A stretch of DNA of 64,000 bases from Tubulanus polymorphus (taxonomy: Eukaryota > Animalia > Nemertea). Positions 37,601 through 48,300 of this stretch are shown here, piece after piece (the stretch's first letter is position 1; every line of letters begins with the position of its first letter). A model generated the notes under the pieces. That model searched no databases. It worked only from the letters and a program-made list of their open reading frames with translations, and had not been told where the DNA came from. The position numbers were made by a program, and so were the translations under genes. The DNA lies in the NCBI RefSeq assembly GCF_964204645.1, contig NC_134033.1:454131-518130 (forward strand), read 5' to 3'.

Positions 37601-38444
37601 AATTCAGGGGTTTTAACAAATTTTAACCAAAAAACCTGGAAAACTCAGGGGAATTCAGATATTGCTATTGACCACGTGTTCCTTGATCATAAACACTACA
37701 CTAATCCGATTGATTGTATGTCTATTCAGGAAGTCCGTTTGTACTGCGGGTTTCTGGTGCTCCCGACGCGTCTAAAGTACGAGTGACCGGTCCCGGGGTC
37801 GAGGCAGGAATCTTACCGAAATTTCAGAGTCGATTCATCTGTGAAACTCGCGGTGCTGGAGCAGGACAACTTACAGTTCGTATTCGAGGACCTAAAGGTG
37901 AGGAGAGATAGATTTCGTTTATACTCTGTATGAGAGAGAGGGGGAGAGGGAGAGAGGGAAGGATAGAGAGAGAGGGGAGAGGGAGAGGGAGGAGAGGGAG
38001 AGGAGAGGGGAGAGGGAGAGGGAGAGGGAGAGGGAGAGGATAGATAGAGAGGGAGAGAAGTGTAGGAGAAAGGAGAGAGGGAGGGAAGGAAAGGAGAAGG
38101 AGAGGGAGAGGAGAGGGAGAAGAGAAAGGGATTAAGTTGTGAGGATTGAGGAACAGTCGTAACTGTTGTTAGTAATGACGCTAATGATGAATCTGTGTTT
38201 GTTAATTTCAGGTGCTTTTAGAGTTGAAATGCAGCGTGAAAGTCAGAAAGATCGAACGATTCTGTGTCGTTACGACCCGTCGGAGGTCGGAGAGTACGTG
38301 ATACACGTAAAGTGGTCCGGGGACCACGTGCCCGGTAGTCCGTTTCATGTTCATATATTCGATACAGAAGACGAACTATCTCGATTTATCGATAATAATC
38401 CGTTACAGAATAATCATCATCGCTCGTGGAACGCCGAGATATAG
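12379..38444 (+). CDS. jbug: Jitterbug-type filamin (3 CH domains + ~10 filamin Ig repeats); core isoform ~1308 aa
   Basis: Core exons: 12379-12712, 17356-17548, 17889-17954, 18277-18493, 19106-19208, 19651-19838, 20557-20712, 20822-20950, 21338-21467, 23412-23555, 27116-27289, 27635-27781, 27865-27948, 28546-28689, 28773-28946, 33771-33917, 34886-35011, 35206-35352, 35443-35547, 36318-36608, 36788-36964, 37359-37508, 37730-37897, 38212-38444; all frame-consistent. ARSxEGHAA N-terminus, WIKIQENTWTRWINE, two DWNDG-type CH motifs, GSPF repeats and C-terminal AFRVEMQRESQKDRTILC match the jitterbug subfamily as I recall it. Confidence 0.88.
14312..14421. mobile_element. Palindromic MITE with CAG target-site duplication
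   Basis: cag-ggcccagttttatagactggtat ... ataccagtctataaaactggccc-cag. Confidence 0.75.
15222..15489. repeat. ~35-bp minisatellite, ~8 copies
   Basis: aataaactactagctcaaaaatagttaaaatgtgg tandem. Confidence 0.9.
16152..16356. repeat. 43-bp minisatellite, ~4.7 copies
   Basis: gctgtatcagtgaatgcagctgcatgttgtcccacaggtacat tandem. Confidence 0.9.
18591..18669. mobile_element. Short MITE family B copy with CAG TSD
   Basis: cag-ggcccagtt ... aactggacc-cag; related copy 62626-62738. Confidence 0.6.
19864..20029. repeat. 38-bp minisatellite, ~4.4 copies
   Basis: cagcctcaaacctgcagcctgtagcctgcaccccctct tandem. Confidence 0.9.
20352..20500 (-). mobile_element. SINE remnant with L2-type 3' tail
   Basis: Minus strand CAGCTG...CTCCCCAGGGAG central motif, GGGGTAATAAT, and AGCGCATTTGA...GCGCTATATAAA tail resembling invertebrate SINE2 tails (from memory). 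Confidence 0.45.
22254..22803. repeat. ~31-bp minisatellite, ~18 copies
   Basis: gttcaggaatggcccagactgaccactccct tandem. Confidence 0.95.
24161..24374 (+). CDS. Putative alternative first coding exon of filamin (MPSPVRGGGPPSG...LHLRF)
   Basis: ATG, 71 codons +1 nt, consensus donor G|GTAAGT in phase 1 matching the next exon at 27116. Confidence 0.65.
24905..25157. repeat. ~41-bp minisatellite, ~6 copies
   Basis: tgttgacagttctgacaggataccagccactcaccggagcc tandem. Confidence 0.9.
27318..27604. repeat. 18/36-bp degenerate minisatellite
   Basis: tgtggtacccttgggtgc-type units. Confidence 0.85.
27975..28110 (+). mobile_element. MITE family A copy
   Basis: Homology to other family A copies; ends gcaactggcccc-ag. 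Confidence 0.75.
28151..28499. repeat. 21/22-bp minisatellite, ~16 copies
   Basis: ctggagccagtaccggattct tandem. Confidence 0.95.
29020..29158 (-). mobile_element. MITE family A copy, inverted, with CAG TSD
   Basis: Reverse complement of the 27975 copy; flanked by cag on both sides. Confidence 0.8.
29320..29646 (+). CDS. Filamin alternative exon: GFPITQH strand + 13-aa repeats (RIETVQVPTQRVE)
   Basis: Acceptor tgttttaag, donor G|GTGAGA, 327 nt, phase 1-1, open frame. Confidence 0.7.
29760..29852 (+). CDS. Filamin cassette exon (ESALRQGYSQAYDQGYDRGYDQVDFEVLVRQ)
   Basis: tttttacttcag acceptor, AAG|GTCAGT donor, 93 nt, phase 1-1. Confidence 0.6.
30705..31105. repeat. Compound G-rich minisatellite (tctcagggaggagggtgtcc core)
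   Basis: Recurrent ~20-25-bp units. Confidence 0.85.
31308..31485. repeat. 21-bp minisatellite, ~8 copies
   Basis: gtgatcacgctcagattcggc tandem. Confidence 0.93.
31585..31695 (+). CDS. Filamin cassette exon with Q16 tract (could also read through to a stop at 31760)
   Basis: ttttcattttcag acceptor, CAG|GTATAC donor, 111 nt, phase 1-1. Confidence 0.55.
31977..32042 (+). CDS. Filamin cassette exon (GILEADDVLKGEWILSSSPVQS)
   Basis: tttttatcag acceptor, CAG|GTGCGT donor, 66 nt, phase 1-1. Confidence 0.5.
32578..32643 (+). CDS. Filamin cassette exon (EQPATTKVIETETIEAVVEEEK)
   Basis: tttag acceptor, AAG|GTTTGT donor, 66 nt, phase 1-1. Confidence 0.55.
32790..33330. repeat. 30/34-bp alternating minisatellite
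   Basis: cagtgctctaaccatagcaacaagac core. Confidence 0.93.
33945..34182. repeat. ~74-bp tandem repeat, ~3 copies; related to the ~82-bp repeat at 36990-37312
   Basis: Shared ccctatgacatcatcaaa and agaaaagatg motifs. Confidence 0.85.
35615..36172 (+). mobile_element. MITE family A copy with internal 47-bp tandem amplification (~10 units)
   Basis: Family A termini flank units aagaccagtctaaactcattttggttctataaccaatctaacaactt (35692->35739). Confidence 0.75.
36990..37312. repeat. ~82-bp tandem repeat, ~4 copies
   Basis: ccctatgacatcatcaaattattttctggttatttgatctttaa tandem. Confidence 0.85.
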
Positions 38445-39107
38445 CTGATTAACTATCTCGATATATCAACCGAGATCTCACCGGGATATCTCGATATATC
38501 TACTGAGAAACCACAGAACTATCTCTCGATATATCGACCGAGATAACATTGAACTATCTCAATTAATCGCAGATCTGAGTTATCTCAATTTATCTATCAT
38601 CAATGAAATGAGATCTGAAAGACGTATCTCGATATATGGACATGATGAGATCTGACTGCGAACTATCTCGATATATGGAACTGTGAATGACGGGAAAAAA
38701 CTATATAAAGCTTCAATCAAATATTTATTCAATGATGAATTAAGAATCTGCAGCTACTTAAAAATGAATTCACTTCAGAAGTGGAAATAGTTAAATAGAG
38801 TTTAATGAATTCTAGTTGTAAATATTTCTCTAATATAATTCCATGATTTTGTACGTGATTCACAATCACTGATTAAAGTGTATATATATATATTATATAT
38901 TGGTTATAGGGTTAAGGGTTTAGAATTATTACCCGAATTTCTCATCTTTCCATCCATCAATTTATTTACTTACGTAATTTTACCGTCCTAATATAAAAAC
39001 ATTCCTTCTTCCAAACTCTTAAACAATAGTTTGTAATACTTCTAGACGTCCATGTTCTAATGCAATAGTTTCATTAATTTTGAGGTTAAGATCTCTTAGA
39101 CCTGGGT

Positions 39108-39348
39108 TTAGGTCTCTACATGCTGTGACTGTAGGGTGAGGTCTCTTTAACCTGGGTCTCTATAGATTTAGGTCTCTATGTGCTGTGTAGGTTGAGGTCT
39201 ATTTAACCTGGGTCTCTATAGATTTAGGTCTCTACGTGCTGTGTAGGTTGAGGTCTCTCTAACCTGGGTCTCTATAGATTTAGGTCTCTATGTGCTGTGT
39301 AGGTTGAGGTCTATTTAACCTGGGTCTCTATAGATTTAGGTCTCTATG
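39108..39348. repeat. ~56-bp minisatellite, ~4 copies
   Basis: tttaggtctctatgtgctgtgtaggttgaggtctatttaacctgggtctctataga tandem. Confidence 0.88.
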
Positions 39349-39815
39349 TCTCGCGGAATGTCTAGGTGTCTGTAATACCAAAGCGATCATTCCTTCCTTT
39401 AATCTCTATGTAAATTTGGTTAAGTTTTTTGTTGTTTTACTGCTCAACTCGATATCATTTATTTATTTGCTTATATCGATAATGTGTGTTCCTAAACACG
39501 TCTAATATCAGTGTTTCTATACAAGAAATGTAATTAAGTCTCTGCTGCAGAGCAAATTTCCTAATTACCAGGGTTTATTAATTTAGAAATAGCCGTCATA
39601 TTTGAAGGACCAACCTGGTTAAATTCTACTATACACTTTCTAACATTGTTTATGTACACATAATATATTTTATTACTAATACTTTGGCTGTAGTGCCCTC
39701 TATTATCACTTGTTAAAACTAACTGTACAGTTTATTCACATTAATTCCATTTTTGCTCCGTCCATATATGTTACATAAAGTAAAATATAACTATTAATTA
39801 TGATAAATATTAATC

Positions 39816-40242
39816 TGGACCCAGTTCTACAGTTACTGAACCCAATTCCACAGTTCTGGATCCAGTTCCACAGTTACTGAACCCAATTCCACAGTTCTGG
39901 ATCCAGTTCCACAGTTACTGAACCCAATTCCACAGTTACTGAACCCAATTCCACAGTTCTGGATCCAGTTCCACAGTTACTGAACCCAATTCCACAGTTA
40001 CTGAACCCAATTCCACAGTTCTGGATCCAGTTCCACAGTTACTGTACTCAGTTCCAAAGTTCTGGATCCAGTTCCACAGTGACTGGACTCGGTTCCACAG
40101 TTACTGAACTCAGTTCCACAGTTACTGGACTCGGTTCCACAGTTACTGAACTCAGTTCCACAGTTACTGGACTCCGTTCCACAGTTACTGGACTCAGTTC
40201 CACAGTAACTGGATTCAGTTCCACAGTAACTGGACTCAGTTC
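39816..40242. repeat. 20/21-bp minisatellite derived from a MITE terminus
   Basis: ccagttccacagttactg units. Confidence 0.9.
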
Positions 40243-41810
40243 ATTTGGGTAGTATATACGAATAGATCTTGTTATAAGTAAGTGAGAGGAGAGGGTACGA
40301 GTGAGTGAGTTCTGGGATATGAAGGTGACTTAATGATTTATATTACTGACAGCTGTTAGATGAGTTCTCACCGTACAGCTATTAAATGACTTTACATGTA
40401 TGCCTATATCATATCGATCTTCAATATACATTCGGTTTCAATTCCAAGGTTAAAACTTTTTTTACTGATTTTAACATTCGACTTCCATATTTATAGATAT
40501 CTCTCTTGTGCTTATTACTGATTTACACTGATATGAATTAAAGGGGGGGGGGGGTGAGAGAGAGATGGTGATGAATCAGTGAAATTGTAGCCCGCAAAAT
40601 AAAAAAACTGCTATAACTTTCAATTTGCTGCTACACTTAATATACTACGCCATTATATACTAATATTAATCATTATAATGATAAATCTTGTATAAACCTT
40701 TTTTATTTAAAATTTAAATATTATAGCAACGATACGTACTGTTAACTGCTGTTTTAGATTGTAGAGAAAATAAAATGGAAAATGGTTAAAATATGTTCTA
40801 TTTTTGTTAGTTGTCTAGCAATACGTGGGGGGGGGGGGGTATTCGAGATGGCTGTAAGCGTTGATGGCTAGAAAACTTCATATTTCATTTCTCATATCTG
40901 CCGAGCCTAAAAATCATGATCAATCTAACAATAACAGTCCCGGCAGTTATAGAAATGAACTGATTACAGTTTACAAAATGACTCTTAGGCCAATTAGGAG
41001 AAAACAGGTGACATATTTTGCCTGAAGTATTTCAGACACAGTTATATGAACAAAAGAAGATATTGATCGAAGGCTTTGAAATCTACAGCAGCCCAGGGAA
41101 CCAGACACCTGTGGCTTCACTAGGTCTTTAACTCCAATTCCCACCGACATTCAGTTTCTGATCTCAGAAACATTAACCCCTGATTTGTATAATCCTCCAC
41201 GCGCTCCTAAGACTGGGGTTTATTGAACTGAAAACCAATAGATAGGTTGAAAGATCCAGATTTTCCTGGCTACTTATGCCGCTGAAGATTGATTGTTAAT
41301 TGATGGGTTAGGGTGTACTGCACTGATTTCCAATAGATTGGTTGGAAGATCCAGATTTTTCTGGCTACATATGGTCCTGAAGATGATGTATTCAATCTGA
41401 ATAGAATGATTTAAGAATACTGAACTGATTTCCAATGGATGTACACAGAGTAGCACAATTTCAATGAAGAAAAGAACAGCAGGTTTCTGTAGTTGGATGC
41501 AGCTTTATATTTAACAATATCCGACACACGTTTGAACAATTTTATTACGAAAAGACACACTTTCTACTCATTATACACAAAATCAATTAGATTAAAACAT
41601 TCGAATAGTTTACGATATCAAACAAAAACATGATTGCAGTTTAAACATAGACGACACAGTTCAGAAACAGTCCTATTGACTATTTATAACAATTTGTACT
41701 CGTGAAGAGATTGGTGCATATAATAATAAACACACCTCACAAAGCCAAATATCTTATATACCCTGAGTTAATAGTTTTCATCTGAATGATGGAGAATTCA
41801 ATCCAACTAA

Positions 41811-43113
41811 GAGGGTAGGTTATCCCTCCCTAGGACTGACTCTCTTAGTTCAACCAGTAGGGTACCGGTATGTTATCCCTCCCTAGGACTAACTCTCTTA
41901 GTTCAACCAGTAGGGTACCGGTATGTTATCCCTCCCTAGGACTAACTCTCTTAGTTCAACCAGTAGGGTAGGTTATCCCTCCCTAGGACTAACTCTCTTA
42001 GTTCAACCAGTAGGGTAGGTTATCCCTCCCTAGGACTGACTCTCTTAGTTCAACCAGGAGGGTAGGTTATCCCTCCCTAGGACTAACTCTCTTAGTTCAA
42101 CCAGTAGGGTAGGTTATCCCTCCCTAGGACTGACTCTCTTAGTTCAACCAGTAGGGTAGGTTATCCCTCCCTAGGACTAACTCTCTTAGTTCAACCAGTA
42201 GGGTAGGTTATCCCTCCCTAGGACTAACTCTAGTCCAACCAGTAGGGTAGGTTATCCCTCCCTAAGACTAACTCTCTTAGTTCAACCAGGAGGGTAGGTT
42301 ATCCCTCCATAGGACTGACTCTCTTAGTTCAACCAGTAGGGTAGGTTATCCCTCCCTAGGACTGACTCTCTTAGTTCAACCAGGAGGGTAGGTTATCCCT
42401 CCCTAGGACTAACTCTCTTAGTTCAACCAGTAGGGTACCGGTATGTTATCCCTCCCTAGGACTGACTCTCTTAGTCCAACCAGGAGGGTAGGTTATCCCT
42501 CCCTAGGACTAACTCTCTTAGTTCAACCAGTAGGGTAGGTTATCCCTCCATAGGACTGACTCTCTTAGTTCAACCAGGAGGGTAGGTTATCCCTCCCTAG
42601 GACTAACTCTAGTCCAACCAGTAGGGTAGGTTATCCCTCCCTAAGACTAACTCTCTTAGTTCAACCAGGAGGGTAGGTTATCCCTCCATAGGACTGACTC
42701 TCTTAGTTCAACCAGTAGGGTAGGTTATCCCTCCCTAGGACTGACTCTCTTAGTTCAACCAGGAGGGTAGGTTATCCCTCCCTAGGACTAACTCTCTTAG
42801 TTCAACCAGTAGGGTACCGGTATGTTATCCCTCCCTAGGACTGACTCTCTTAGTCCAACCAGGAGGGTAGGTTATCCCTCCCTAGGACTAACTCTCTTAG
42901 TTCAACCAGTAGGGTAGGTTATCCCTCCATAGGACTGACTCTCTTAGTTCAACCAGGAGGGTAGGTTATCCCTCCCTAGGACGGACTCTCTGAGTTCAAC
43001 CAGTAGGGTAGGTTATCCCTCCCTAGGACTTACTCTCTTAGTTCAACCAGTAGGGTATGTTATCCCTCCCTAGGACTGACTCTCTTAGTCCAACCAGGAG
43101 GGTAGGTTATCCC
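41811..43113. repeat. 47-bp satellite (~27 copies) with ~379-bp higher-order duplication
   Basis: agggtaggttatccctccctaggactaactctcttagttcaaccagt; variant units recur at 42221 and 42600. Confidence 0.95.
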
Positions 43114-43427
43114 TATATCTCTCTCAGTAAGGCTTACTCCAGGACAGAGTCCCAGGCTACACCCATTGTTTACGATGAAAGTACAGCGTATAAAGAGACA
43201 TTTCAATTTATTCGATTTCAGAAGCAAAGTTTACGGTTTATCTTGATATTAATATATAGTTTATTTTAGTAGCTAAAATATATAGCCCTGAGCTTATACT
43301 ATTCTTGTTAGGTTTTTCAGTTTTCAATGTGCCAATGATAGGGAATAGTCACCACACCACACCACACCTGACTGGTCACTCACAGTCAGTCACTACACTG
43401 ACCAGCCAAACATCCTAACTCAGCCAA

Positions 43428-43561
43428 TCTATGGTCTAGTGGTTAGGACACAGGGCTGACAAGTCAGAGACCCAGGTTCAAATCCCAGCAAGGCTAGGGT
43501 TAGGGTTAGGAGGATACCCCAGGATTAGGGATATCACTGAGGTTCGTGGTGGTTAGGGTTA
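43428..43561 (+). mobile_element. tRNA-derived SINE-like element followed by (TTAGGG)n blocks
   Basis: A box TGGTCTAGTGG, B box GGTTCAAATCC, then CTAGGGTTAGGGTTAGG; first 19 nt identical to the 1113-1251 copy. Confidence 0.65.
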
Positions 43562-44230
43562 TCATAAAGATTTCGGAGTTCTCCCTAAAAAAATTTCTTT
43601 TTAGTCCGACTATCTCTGGACCGGGGCCAAATCGATTCTGTATTGTATGTTAACTAGGCCTAATAAAAACCGAATTAATGAAACTTAAACCACAATGCAG
43701 GATGAATACTGCACATTTAGGTTGGATTTCACGCCGTGAATTCAAACGATGTAATTTATATGAATCAACGCGACCGAGACAGATGATTCATCCTCACCGA
43801 ATGACCTTCACCTTCACCGCACAGCAGACGACACGTAAAACGACCTCCGACAAAAATGAAAAAGAGAATAAGAAAAAATAAAACGATTTAAATGCTCATT
43901 AAACGTAGAACTGAATTATGACAAAATATCAGTCATTTTTGTGTATGAAAGGAATGCGTGAATGGAATTCATTGAAAAAACCAAGAACCTCGCAATAATT
44001 ATTCACAATGACACTTGATCCTATGTTGAATATTTATGGAAACTTTAAACTCATTCATTTATTATGCAATCTTTTCGGTGACTTATAAAAATCTGATTGT
44101 ATTTTGTATAACCACTGGAACTTTGACAGGTTGAGTTAACGACTAAAAAAATAATTAGTTGCATTTAACACTGAAAACCTGTAACCCTGGTTAGACGAGA
44201 AGATACACAATATCCGTGTATGATGATGAC

Positions 44231-44446
44231 GAGAGAAATCCCACAATAACGAAGCCAAGATTGAAAAATTCTATATCAGAATGATTATATTTGAGGAGCG
44301 ATGTTTCAGCTAACAACTGTTAGCCATCATCAGGCGTATTGCTCCAGCACGCCTGATGATGGCTAACAGTTGTTAGCTCCTCAAATACAATCATTCTGAT
44401 ATAGAATTTTTCAATCTTGGCTTCGTTATTGTGGGATTTTTCTCTC
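44231..44446. repeat. ~215-bp near-perfect palindrome, probably inverted Penelope-like pLTR fragments
   Basis: Arms 44231-44338 and 44349-44446 are reverse complements apart from an 11-nt indel and a few mismatches. Confidence 0.85.
44296..44338 (-). ncRNA. Minimal hammerhead ribozyme motif (Penelope-associated type)
   Basis: Minus strand acgc-CTGATGA-tggctaac-agtt-gttagct-GAAAC-ATC-gctc. Confidence 0.55.
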
Positions 44447-45387
44447 ATCTGTTACCCCGGTATTACCGGTGAGCTAGACGTGGCTAACACGTCGTCAAAG
44501 AGATGGAATTATATATCGCTGAACCCATGTGGATCTCGTTTACGGTTTAACTCATTGCGTTTAAAAAAGTTGGTCCCGGAAAGTTAATACCGTACGTGAA
44601 ATCGATATTGCACGTGTTATGGATACGTTCCAGTATCTGGAAATTAGACATGATTTCTATTTTGAACGCGTTTTATTAAAGTTACATGAAAAACATCTGT
44701 ATCTATTTAAACATGTGTCGAAAATCAATGTAAACAATATGAAGACATCAGCACACGCCAATTTAAATTCGAAATCACTCTGTTTTGATTTGAATTCACA
44801 CCAGACTCGGTAACTGTAATATCTGAGCCTGTAGACCTTAGACTCCTTCGCACAGACACCATAACCTCTAGATATCTTATCAGATTGGTTCACAGTTCAC
44901 ACTACAGTAATGAATACCAAAATGGGTGACTCCAGGCTGCATATTGTCTTAATGGGTGGCTCCGGGGTGCATATTGCGACCCGTCTTATTTCAGTATGTC
45001 GGCTCTGCGTGATAATCTCAAATATTGTATCATGATCGAGAAATAAAACATATTCAAATCTGAACCCGACACAAACATCACATCAAATACAAAATCAACA
45101 CAAACCAAAAATTTTGGTTATCAGCGCCATCCATGAAATAATACGAACATGATTGTGATTGTTCACCCGATTTACACTGAGATTGTGAATCCTGTTGTTC
45201 ATATCACAAGGAATGTATCACTTCAACCATGATCGTTACTGATTTTTATGATTTATAAGGGATTGATTTTTTTCAAGAGTTCCCCGACTGCCTTCTCAAT
45301 TACACTACCAATACGAGGCTCAGCTGAATGATATCTATTACTAATAGAGGGCTCTGATGCTGAATGTTTGGTTTCGCAGTCATGTAT

Positions 45388-48300
45388 TTATAAGGCAGTA
45401 TTGTGATGTTCTGGCTCCACGCTGACATCAGCTGTACTCTGATGTAGTAAAGTTGAATTTTTACAATCACCATCCTGCTGCTGCTGCTGTGGCTGCGTCT
45501 GCTGCTGTTTTCTGCGGGCGTTTCTCTCCATCTCGCGGATTGATTCGGCGGGCAGCTCGTCGGGGAGCGGTTGATTTTTAGTCTCCGGTATAAACAGCAA
45601 CATTAACACTAGACTACTGATTGAGAATATTCCTAATATGGCGTACGGTATAGTTTTGTGGAACGCAGCCTGAAATATACACAGATTCTGAATTCAAACG
45701 CTTTGTCAATTTTCAGTAAAAAGATGAACAAATTTATTGAAACTTGCGCTGAGGTCATTTTAATTATTTGAATATGTGAATGGCATAGGCTTACACTCAT
45801 TGTAGTTATATGAATGATATACCAGTAGGCTAACAGTTAGTAAATTGAATTAGAAATACAAATTGAGACTCAAAAATAGAGATGACTTCAGTAATGTGAC
45901 AACTTATCCAAATGATGACTTATACTTAGTTGTAAATTGAATTAGAAATACAAATTGAGACTCAAAAATAGAGATAACGTCAGTAATGTGACGAGGACTA
46001 ATCCAAATGATGACTTACACTTAGTAAATTGAATTAGAAATACAAATTGAGACTCAAAAATAGAGATGACTTCAGTAATGTGACGACTTATTCAAATGAT
46101 GACTTATACCTTTAGTTTGACTGAATTCAATGTCTAATCAGACTTATTTCTTGAAATCAATTTCTAAAGGAGGAGGAGGTGGGAGGAGGTGGGAGGAGGT
46201 GGGAGGAGGTGGGAGGAGGTGGGAGGAGGTGGGAGGAGGTGGGAGGAGGTGGGAGGGGGTGGGAGGAGGTGGGAGGAGGTGGGAGGGGGTGGGAGGGGGT
46301 GGGAGGAGGTGGGAGGGGGTGGGAGGAGGTGGGAGGAGGTGGGAGGAGGTGGGAGGAGGTGGGAGGAGGGAGTGTTACTTACGAGCAGCGTAATTTGAGG
46401 AGACAGAATGGAAGCGACACGAGCTCCAACATTACCAACACCAGCAGCAGCATTCCTATCAAAATATCAAACATAACATCTCTTAACGATAATCAATTAA
46501 CAGATGATAATCAATTAACAGATGATATAAATTAACTGATGATAATCAATTAACTGATGATAACCAATTAACTGATGATAATCAATTAACTGATGATAAT
46601 CAATTAACTGATGATAATCAATTAACTGATGATAATCAATTAACTGATGATAACCAATTAATAGATGACTCCGGAGTCTCGTGACTGACTCCTAACGTAC
46701 CTGAGTAACGTAGGGAATAGTTCAGTTACTTGTAGATTAATGACTCCCCATCCTCCGCCCATCAGTATAAACGCTGCTAACGCGAGGTATGTTTGTACTA
46801 GTGGATGTTCAGCAGTGTATCCGGTCATATCGAATATAAGTATCATTATCATTCCTATACCTCCTATACCCATATATAGCGTGTAACTTTTACGCCTTCC
46901 AAGCCTGAAACAAATACACCATACACATCAATATCTATAGACAGTCTGGGGTGGGGGTCGCTTCATAAGGGTCACCTGAGATATTTTTGAAGTACAATAC
47001 CCAATATTTCATATTTTATGCCACACAAAAGAAACTAGAGTTCAAGTTACATATGTTTGTTTGCTTCCTTTTCTAAAAGAAATACTAACAATCAGGGAGG
47101 GATGGAGGAGGGAGGGAGGTGATGAGAGAGGTGATTGAAGAGTGGCTTCAATTTGACAGAAGCTATCGACACATTGATTGACTAGTTGTTAATGGGAAAT
47201 CACTTGATCGTACTTGAGACTAGAATAGAATCAATACCCCCATTCTCCCCCTGTCACTCCCCCTCTCTCCCTGTCACTCCCCTCCCTCCCCCTGTCACTC
47301 CCCTCCCTGTCACTCTCCACCCTTTCCTGTCCGCACTTAACACAAATATTTGTAAGGATTTGAGACACTGTTACTCAGAGTTGACACAACTGTTTATTAG
47401 AGGCTTAGTAAATATCACACAAATCACTCCCAGTTTATACACCTCTCAGAGTCAGCCCACTCATATAATACCACCTCGACCATCAGCCCACTCATATCAT
47501 ACCACCTCTCAGAGTCAGCCCACTCATATCATACCACCTCTCAGAGTCAGCCCACTCATATCATACCACCTTGACCATCAGCCCACTCATATCATACCAC
47601 CTCGACCATCAGCCCACTCATATCATACCACCTCGACCATCAGCCCACTCATATCATACCACCTCGACCGTCAGACAAAAATCTGCAGCCTGGAGCCACC
47701 CGTTCAGACAAGCAGCAGTCCGGAGCCACCCGTTCAGTTTAAACTTACCAGTGTATAATGAATATAGAAGTCCATCTGACGACGGTATCACCTACTGCTG
47801 TTATAGAAGCGTTCAAATACAGATTACCACTCATTGTACCAACATGTGCTAATATACCATACCATACAGTCGCAACAGAAAACCTGTAAAATATATAAAC
47901 TCACAGTTACCCTGTTCATCTAATAGACTGCCATCTAGAACTCACTGACCCTGTACCCCGGCAATCAATATATAAACTCACAGTTACCCTGTACATCTAA
48001 TAGACTGCCATCTAGAACTCACTGACCCTGTACCCCGGCAATCAATATATAAACTCACAGTTACCCTGTACATCTAATAGACTGCCATCTAGAACTCACT
48101 GACCCTGTACCCCGGCAATCAATATATAAACTCACAGTTACCCTGTACATCTAATAGACTGCCTTCTAGAACTCACTGACCCTGTACCCCGGCAATCAAT
48201 ATATAAACTCACAGTTACCCTGTACATCTAATAGACTGTCATCTAGAACTCACCGACCCTGTACCCCGGCAATCAATATATAAACTCACAGTTACCCTGT

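Noticed and set aside
43428-43500. Functional tRNA gene
   Set aside because: Acceptor and anticodon stems do not pair; no oligo-T terminator; treated as a SINE head
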